Source: Cyanidioschyzon merolae (taxonomy: Eukaryota). From it: a stretch of DNA of 64,000 nucleotides. The DNA is taken from the NCBI GenBank assembly GCA_000091205.1, contig AP006488.2, one strand, 5' to 3'. Position 1 is the stretch's first letter. The number at the start of each line of letters is the position of its first letter. Below are positions 56,370-64,000 of the stretch, one piece after another. The translations under genes were made by a program, and so were the position numbers. The notes beneath the pieces were generated by a model, which saw only the letters and a list, made by a program, of their open reading frames with translations, did not search any database and was not told the origin of the DNA.

Positions 56370-57775
56370 GATCTTATAATCTTTTAACTTGTTTCTGGTC
56401 CACTCCCTCTGAGTCCAGTCGAATGCGTTCTCGCGGTGAAGAGCAAGCGACCGAAATCACTCTAGGATGTACGTTATAGATCGGAGACGAATTGCTTACG
56501 GGATATGTATGCTTTACTGAGTAGTGCAAGGGGGACAGCACCCCCCGCCCTGCGGCTCATTCGTATCGCAGTTCTCAGATGGTCGGGGGTCATTGAAAGA
56601 AACAAGTAGATGCTCTCAGCGCCAAGAGCTGATACTCTCCAAAGAGCTCTCGGTCTATGGTAGAAAACGACCCATTGATTAGCTTACGGAACGCAGAAGC
56701 GACGATAGTAGTCGCTGTGGGCGTCTCTGTTTCTCAACAGCTTGTTCAATGGTCCTGAAAACACCGGGATACAGTAGCAAAAAACTTTCCACTTCAGTCA
56801 CGACAATATTCCACGGCATTCGCTACTACAATCGAATTCCTGTAACGTCGCGATCTGTATGAAGCACAGGACGTTGATTTGTATTTTCAGCCGATGGGAC
56901 TTCCGTCGGACGAGAAGGTCGTGGGAAATATGGCCATTCGCGGAGCAGGGAGCTCGTTGTATTTAACATCGAATCTGGGGAGAAAGATGACATCATTATC
57001 TGTTCTGATTGCAATGGATTCATTCGACGGCGTCATTTCCACTCGCAGAGCAGGCGCATACAACAGCACCAATCACTTCGTCGAACCACTGAAGACTTTT
57101 TCCCTGAAGTCTGGCGAAGACCCTCTGCTGCACAACGTTGTAATTCACCATTCCGGTTGCGTTCGAGCTTTTGCTGATTCAATCGGGCTAGAGCTGCGTT
57201 TCATTCCATTGTACGCAACGTTGTTTTACCCCATCAAAGGACTGTTTTCTATTGTGAATCGTAATGATCGCTCCACTAGGCGAATCGCTGAAGCGTTCGA
57301 CACACGGTGACACAACGGGGCACATTTCGTCTTTCTTCAGCACGTCCTTCTCCCTCCGGGGAGGTCTCCACCCATGGGTATACACAAGTAGGTTCATTTA
57401 AAAAAATAAAAAATCCAAGGGAGAGTCATGGGCATGGAAGTCGAGGATCCTTGAGGAGCTTTGTTGCCGGCTTCGAAAAAACAAGGAACAAAAATCCTCT
57501 TCTCGCCAACCATCGAGAGAAGAAGAACAAGTGAAGAAGAGGAAGAAGAGGGAGACAGGCAAGAAAATGTGTTTGCTCGACCGTACGACAACGAGATTTC
57601 AGTGGCAGAGAGGGTATGCGTTCTAGGAATCCTCGCATTGATGAGTTCCACCAGCTGCAGTAACCGAGGAATTGACGAGATACGATTTTGTGGAGCAGCC
57701 TCTCAGGCACGAGGTGTGCCTTGATAACCTGGAACCGATAGCGGGCTGCTAGTCAAAGAGGGCTGGGAGGCGTCC
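56370..57775 (+). mobile_element. Short, internally deleted Fanzor-family element, copy 2
   Basis: Collinear at about 75-80% identity with 61800-63253 and with the reverse complement of 43943-45410. Its right end is GGCTGGGAGGCGTCCG. The RuvC-III segment is deleted; remnants are SPTIERRRTSEEEEEEGDRQ and LEPIAGC*SKRAGRR. Confidence 0.7.
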
Positions 57776-58586
57776 GTGACTGGGATTATAAATGCGCTCT
57801 ATTGTTGCGAAACGTTTTCGTGTCACTGACGATACAAGAAATTCGCAATTTCCAGTGCTTCGATGACTGCGTTGTGTATTTGGCAAGCTGCTGCTTGTCA
57901 GTTCCACGCGTTTACTTCTGAAGCGATCGTTGCGTCAGCTGCGAATCCCGTTGAACACATTTTTTGTGCTGCTGAGAACATGTCGCTCCTAAAAAGGAAA
58001 CTTGTTTTCGTTCTTGAGGAACTCCGAACCCAGCGGAGCCAAAAGTTTCCTACCGCCATTCATGTCGAATAAGCCTAAAAAACAGACGACTTCGGTACGG
58101 GTGCCAAGGAGCGGATACCCTTACCGATTTGATCAGACTCGACTACCTGACGCATACGTCGAAGAATGCAGTCAGCCTGCACAGTTCAACTCGGGGACGG
58201 CGAAGGGTTCCGAGGCGTCAGCGCCTCTCCATCGGTTAGCACACAACAGGGGACCTCTCTATCAATTCCAGCATTTATGAGCGATCTCAGAATCAGCGCA
58301 TCAATTCCATTTCGAGACTGAGCGAGAGCGGCAGTAAACCGTTCTTGAGTCGCCCCATTTCGCCAAAATCGCATGCTTGCGCATGCGCGCGAAGCCCTGA
58401 AAAGACAGTACCGAAACTCACGCTCGTCTGTTCCATTGGGCCGTATGAACACGTTATTGAGAAACCGCTAGATAGCAGGATTTTCTGCACCATAAAGCAA
58501 AACAAGTTTTTTCATTAAATAGCCAGTACGCTCACTCGTTCTACGGGTCACTGCGTAGCGCCTGCCCCCGGCGATGCACGGGTGCC

Positions 58587-58621
58587 GCTGCGCCCGATGC
58601 GCGTGCAGCATCGGGCGCAGC
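58587..58621. repeat. Perfect 14-bp inverted repeat with a 7-nt spacer (gctgcgcccgatgc-gcgtgca-gcatcgggcgcagc), extendable to arms of about 20 bp with one bulge
   Basis: Direct reading of both arms: rc(gctgcgcccgatgc) = gcatcgggcgcagc. Confidence 0.8.
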
Positions 58622-59052
58622 AGGCACGCATTGAGGATAGAAATGTCCATTGTATAGTTATGTCCCTAATTTTTATACCCGCGCCTCGTTACCGCGCGAC
58701 GCCGGTATTTCGAAATCGGAGGCATCGACTCGGTACGCTGAGAGCTTGACGTGTGCTGAGTCGGGGCGACGACGTTTCCGAGAGTATTCACTTTTCCGCG
58801 TTGTAATCAGCTTGCTTCCTATTGCTTACGTGGCAGTTGGGTGTCAAGTTGGAGCCCTTTGCCGTCGGGCCTGGAGAAGAGGTTCGTTTTCCGAACAGGA
58901 ATTCTGTCTTAAAGAATATGCTTCTATAAAACCGGCACAGCGCAAGTAGCGACTCTTTCTGTGGGTGAACTCTGGTACACGCACACGATTCCAAGTTCGC
59001 CTTGCGAGGTTGATGTTCTGAGAGATCCAACGGTGAACTCTTCTGAGCAAGT

Positions 59053-59940
59053 ATGGAGCGGTCGGGAGGAAGAGGCGACGGCGCTGCACCGCCGCACGAG
59101 CAGCCCGGAGTGCCCTGCCCCGGAGATTCACTGGCCGGGCAGGCACTATCTCGTGCCTTGAGTGGCTCTCCAGCGGAATCAAGCCCCGAGAGCAGCCAAT
59201 CGACATCAAGAGGGATCCTGTCCACTAGCGGTGGCTTCATGCAATCGGAACCATCAGCAGGGGCTGGAAGTTCCATGTCCAGAGCTCCGACACGTGCAGG
59301 CCTGAGCCCGCTCTCTGCATCGCCGGTTCTCCTGGAAATTCCATACGGCTACACAGCCCAGCAACCGTTCGTAGGAACTGCGGGGATGATAGCTCGCCAT
59401 GGACATTTTTTCCATGCAGTTTCTGGAATCCGCCATGAGCTGCGGACACCAGTGCTGGCACCCTTTCCGATGCAGAACATTTCCTCGATCGATGCAGCCG
59501 GTCGTATTTGGCTGCCTTATATTCAAACCATGTGTTCGGGAGCTGGCAATACCGCTTCGATGGGATATTTCGTTGACCCCCGGCGGTATTATCGGATTGT
59601 CAGCCGAAGAGAACGGCGTTTTCTCCAGTGGATGCGCATTCGAGGTCGCGAGACAAGCGTCCAGCAATCGTTTCATGACATGCATGTAATGAGCCACGCT
59701 ATGTTTGTGCAAAGGAATATGTCGTTATGTGCGGGCAGAAGAAGGCGGCGGCATGAGTCGCGAAGGGCTCATGCCCTCCGTCGCCGCCGCGATAACTCTG
59801 GAAGGTTCCTGTCTGGTCCTGCGACGCGCCCGCACTCAACAGTATCCCAGCAAAGTCATTCAACAGCGTCGATGGAGCCACGGACGGGCACCGAAAGCGT
59901 CGAAAAGAACGACCAGGCATCGTTCCATGGTGAGTCATAA
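59053..59940 (+). CDS. NF-YA/HAP2-type CCAAT-binding factor subunit, with an unusually long A1-A2 linker
   Basis: A1 subunit-interaction motif YFVDPRRYYRIVSRRERRFLQW (compare YVNAKQYHRILKRRQARAKLE) and A2 DNA-binding motif RRRHESRRAHALRRRRDNSGRFLS (compare YLHESRHRHAMARKRGEGGRFFS). Confidence 0.55.
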   Translation: MERSGGRGDGAAPPHEQPGVPCPGDSLAGQALSRALSGSPAESSPESSQSTSRGILSTSGGFMQSEPSAGAGSSMSRAPTRAGLSPLSASPVLLEIPYGYTAQQPFVGTAGMIARHGHFFHAVSGIRHELRTPVLAPFPMQNISSIDAAGRIWLPYIQTMCSGAGNTASMGYFVDPRRYYRIVSRRERRFLQWMRIRGRETSVQQSFHDMHVMSHAMFVQRNMSLCAGRRRRRHESRRAHALRRRRDNSGRFLSGPATRPHSTVSQQSHSTASMEPRTGTESVEKNDQASFHGES

Positions 59941-61121
59941 TTGAATTCGTGAAGCTCCGGCCCTGTTCATTGCAATTGTACAGCGGCAACTGGGGAACCC
60001 TATTCATTTTTATGCTGTTCTACATCAACATTTGATAGGATTCGCGCGAACTTTCCTTTTTGGAAAAGCAGATGCCTCGCTTATGAAGGCTCAAACTGTT
60101 CAAGCCCTGTCCATTGTCTATTTTGGTCGTAAAGGAGTCGTCACATATTGAAGCTTTCCGCGTCAAAACACAGAACTCAGACGGTAGTGAAGGGTAGCTT
60201 GCTTTTTCGTGATGTCGTGTGCGGCATGCGCCCACAGAGCGCACTGATGTTTATGAGCAGGCGCTGCGGTGGCCGTTAACACTACTGGACGGCGCCATCT
60301 CTCAGGTGCTGCTTCGTACTGCGTCATCGGCGGATCTGGAGACCCTTCGGACCTGGTTCCTTCGGCAGTCGTCAACTAAGGAACCTGGAAAGTGCTCCAC
60401 CCGAGGGTGCGCTCATCGAAATACAGAACGACAAGCAGCCGCAGGATCGGCGTTGCACACAGTTGACACCGGCCTTCGCCTGATGCGTTTCATGACACGG
60501 GTGCTTACGGGACAGCACCGAATTTTATGAGCACTCCTTTGGGTGGTCATGGAGCGAGTCCGAGTGGCAAAGCGCGCTGCGCAGATCATGCTCGGAGAGC
60601 TTGCGGACAACAGGTTTGCATTGATATATTGAACATCTGCATGCGAACGCTCTATAGGATAGCGACAATAACATTACGACCGGCTGATGTTGCTGCCAAA
60701 AATCGCTCAGGCAAGTTTGAGTCTCAGTGAATACAGATTCGGAGACGGAATTTCTCAGGTCTACGTTGCAAGCTGGTAAAATTGTTGCCCGGAGCTGCGC
60801 TTCAATGCTTGTCCTTTGATTGTTCAGGCCGACCAAATATTTTCTCGCATCGTACCTGTATCATAAAAGGTACAAAAATTCTCGTTCCAGTGCCTCATGA
60901 CCTTTGTCTTAACGATAAAGAATCGCTGTAGTTTGTTTCTCTAGCATGCACTGGGATGCGCATACCTTGTCGCTGCCGCGGACACGATTAAACGTTCGAT
61001 AAACTTCAGCTGAGACGCGCTACAGCATAACGATCATCGATTGCATCCGCTCTCGTTTGCCTCTGCCGTACATTGAAGTTCTGGTACATTCCAGTCGTAG
61101 ACTTTTAAAGGTGGATACAAG

Positions 61122-61652
61122 TCATCGGCTCTGAAACTTCTGAAGTAGCTGATCAAGCAGTTTTTCGAGACGCAAAAACCGCGGTGCGAACTGGAATGGT
61201 ACCCAGAACCCAATAGGAACGTAGCCGTTTCCGATACCGGTAACAAGCCCGGCACTGAAACCGATACCGCAGACAGCTCCAGCTCCGAAACCACCTCCAA
61301 AGACGGCAATCGGTCGAGGTAAAACGAGTCCGCCCACAGCGCCTGGTGCTGAAAGCGCATACCCTGCACCAATGCCGAGAAACGGGCCACCGACGGCACA
61401 GCCGAATCCGAAAACCCAACCCAGTCCCCCGAAGAGATAGCTTTTTGGTGGAGGCGGGGCCCCGTAGGGATAGCTTTTCTCCTGCAAAATTTTGTGAAGT
61501 TCCTCAAGCTCCGAAAGCTTTCTATCAGTTGCGACGATACGAGTTATGCTTAAACGTGTTGCGAGCGACTTGCTCCGCGGCGGCTGCACGCAGGGCATAG
61601 TCGCTGGATGTCGTGACTGAAGCAGTGCTTCCTTAACAGCGCCCCGTTTCAT
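61122..61652 (-). CDS. Glycine-zipper-rich small membrane protein (hypothetical)
   Basis: Repeated GxxxG/A motifs across about 80 aa (FGGLGWVFGFGCAVGGPFLGIGAGYALSAPGAVGG...GGGFGAGAVCGIGFSAGLVTGIGNG). Family not assigned. Confidence 0.3.
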   Translation of the reverse strand: MKRGAVKEALLQSRHPATMPCVQPPRSKSLATRLSITRIVATDRKLSELEELHKILQEKSYPYGAPPPPKSYLFGGLGWVFGFGCAVGGPFLGIGAGYALSAPGAVGGLVLPRPIAVFGGGFGAGAVCGIGFSAGLVTGIGNGYVPIGFWVPFQFAPRFLRLEKLLDQLLQKFQSR

Positions 61653-61799
61653 GACTCTCTACCATTGTCGACGCGTTGGAGCTTTTCCCGCTCCCAGGCG
61701 TAACGAAAGGACGCACGCAAGTATTGTGTCAACTCGATGCCCCGTAAAGACCGTGAAAAATCGGGATTGGTTGCTCAGGCAGCAGAGCGCCCGGGACTG

Positions 61800-63253
61800 T
61801 GAACCTAATCTTGTGTTTCAACTTGATTTTGTTTCATCCGCACTGTGGTGTATAGAAGGAGACAGAAACCACGATGCAATGTATCGCATATATTGTAGAC
61901 GAATGCCTGTGGGATATACTCTGTACTGAACAGTACAGGGAGGACTGCATTCCTCCTTCAGGTCAGTCATGCCGTCGTACGCAGATGGTTGCGGAACACT
62001 GCAAGAACAACGTATATGCGGTCTGCGCTAAAAACCCCATATTTTAGAAGACTTCTTGCCGTCAATGAAAGGAACCGAACCGTTGATCACCGTACGGAAC
62101 GCAGAAGCGACGAAAGTAGTCGCCACGGGCATCTCTTTTTCTCAACAGCTTGTTCGAGTCGTCCGGAAAACACTGGGATACGGTCGCGAAAAATGTTCTA
62201 GTCGAATCACGAACACTTTCTACCAAAATAGCGACGACAGCGTTCATAGAACGTCACAATCCGTGTAAAGCCGAGGGAGGTCGGTTTGTATCTTCAGTCG
62301 ATGAGACTTTATTCTGACGAAACCGTCGAAGCGTACAGGGGTATTCGAGGTGAAGGATCCCGTTGTACGTACGCTTGAACTCGAATAGAACGAGGACATT
62401 ATCTGTTCTAGCTTTAGTGGATATGTTTGGTGGCCTCAGTTTCGCTCGTAGAGAAGGCGCATAGAATAGCACCAATTTTGCCGAATCATTGAAGGCTTTT
62501 CCCCAGACGTCTGGCGACTTCCTTTAGCTGGACAACATGGCATTTCCCCCTTTCGGTTACGTTCAAGCTTTTGCACATCGTATCGGGCTAGAGCTGCTTT
62601 TCATTACTTAGTAATTTCCGTTGTTTTACCGCATCGGAGGAGTCTTTTCCATCGTGAATCGTAATGATCGCTCCACTGGGCGAATCGCTGAACCGTTCAG
62701 CACACAGTGAAACAACGGGGCACATGTCGCCTCTCTTCCGCAAGTCCATCTCACTCCAGGAAGGTCCTGACCCAGGAACATAAACAAGTGCGTTCGTTTG
62801 AAGCAACAGAGATCCAAGGGAAAGGTATGGGCGTACAAGTTGAGGATCCTGGTGTACCGTCATTGCCAGGTTCTCCAAAACAACGAAGAAAATCATCTTC
62901 TCGCCGATAATCGAGCGATGGAGAGCAACGCACGACGAAGAGGAGGATGACAATGAGTAAGGCGAGAAGAGGTGTTTACCCCACAGGACGACAACGAGAC
63001 TGTAGTGGCGTATAGGGCACGAGTTCGAGGAATCCCGGCAAAGATGAGTTTCACCATCGCCGGTAAATGCAGGGAATACGTAAATCGAGAATTCAACGCT
63101 GCTATAAGCACCAGACGATGTGCGATGCTGAAGAATAGACCTGAGGCGCTGACATGATCTAATTTTGTAGGGCAGCCTCTCAGGGTCGAAGTGCACAAGG
63201 AGCGGCTGACGCCGATAGCAGGATACCGGTCGAAACAAACTGGGAGGCGTCTG
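61800..63253 (+). mobile_element. Short, internally deleted Fanzor-family element, copy 3. It retains a RuvC-III remnant.
   Basis: Shares the left-end region and the subterminal hairpin with the other copies. The 3' coding remnant is EYVNREFNAAISTRRCAML...NFVGQPLRVEVHKERLTPIAGYRSKQTGRRL. Its right end is GGGAGGCGTCTG at 63242-63253. Confidence 0.7.
62972..63253 (+). pseudogene. Fanzor/TnpB-like 3' fragment (RuvC-III and C-terminal tail) inside short element copy 3
   Basis: VNREFNAAISTRRCAML followed by an in-frame stop, then NFVGQPLRVEVHKERLTPIAGYRSKQTGRRL. Collinear with the master copy 54530-54704. Confidence 0.7.
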
Positions 63254-64000
63254 CGGATGGATAGTGATTCGCCCTGTGATCGCGAGGCTTTTCCGCACCA
63301 CTTATCACACTTGAATCATGATCGAAGAGTGGTAAATCGCATTGTTTCCCGAAAGACGAGTCATCAGTACCTGCGAAACATCTTCTCTACCATGTGAATG
63401 ACCATCTCCTGCGGTATTTTGAAAATGGAGTGCAATAAGTGATTTTTTTCGTTCGTATAGCTCAAAGAATTCCGCTCTTAGACGTGATTACTTGCGGCTG
63501 GCAAGCAATATGCACCGTCGCATTGCATGGTGCGAATCGTGACCGGGCAACGCAGTCATCGAAAACAAGAATGTGATGAGGTCCGACTAACTTTGCAGAT
63601 GCATCTCGAGAGACGCGTGCTTCCAAACGCCCCGAAATTAGGCTCAGCGTGCGCTTTCGAACAAGCTTCGCATGCAGACATGCTCAGCAATCGCACCCCT
63701 GGTCCATCTGATACGCGCTTCGGATTGGCGTACGGTGCGCTTTCAGAAAGGCCGTACTCGAAGCGAACATGCCGAGCAACTTTGCCAAGTAGCGATATAC
63801 CGCGGATCCGGAGCGCAGCCAGTCGCACGACGAAGCTGCCCACTATCTACAGAGTATACTGGGCATACGGACTTGGCAACATCCATTCATCGGGCGATCT
63901 GTGGCCTGCATGGGGTTTTCACTTGGTCCGCTCTGAAGCTGCTCGTAAACAACAACATGCCGTCCAAAACGCGGTTCCTATGTTGAACGCTGCATGGTGA

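Overview
The window is eukaryotic nuclear DNA, roughly 50-55% GC. Long single-exon ORFs show recognisable eukaryotic housekeeping genes on both strands (eIF4A-like DEAD-box helicase, DNA polymerase alpha subunit B, kynureninase, Hsp10, choline/ethanolamine phosphotransferase, SPCS1, SNF1/AMPK kinase, prefoldin subunit 3, ApaG-domain protein, SLC35/TPT transporter, AEC-family transporter, NF-YA). One canonical GTAAGT...CAG spliceosomal intron of 182 bp splits a bacterial-type GlmU uridyltransferase-domain gene. I cannot assign the organism; no rRNA, tRNA or CRISPR arrays were recognised by eye. 

About a quarter of the window is repeats that the gene models do not explain. There are three near-identical copies of a 2.1-kb GC-rich non-coding element (R1), and three direct copies of a 2.25-kb element (R2), each just downstream of a + strand gene and each carrying a (CACGAG)n microsatellite of variable length. 

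The main finding is a four-member transposon family carrying a Fanzor/TnpB-like RNA-guided-nuclease gene. A 2.4-kb master copy at about 52.27-54.70 kb holds an 818-codon single reading frame with an NLS-rich N-terminus, a RuvC-I GADPG motif, a TS...C zinc-finger remnant and a RuvC-III VNRDFNAAINI motif. That frame is interrupted by nine in-frame stop codons, six of them TAG, and by no frameshift. Three internally deleted 1.4-1.5-kb derivatives sit at about 43.9-45.4 kb (-), 56.4-57.8 kb (+) and 61.8-63.25 kb (+). They share both termini with the master copy and keep only the 3' RuvC-III remnant. Their common right end is ...GGCTGGGAGGCGTCTG, and near their left end is a hairpin whose stem sequence differs between copies while pairing is preserved.
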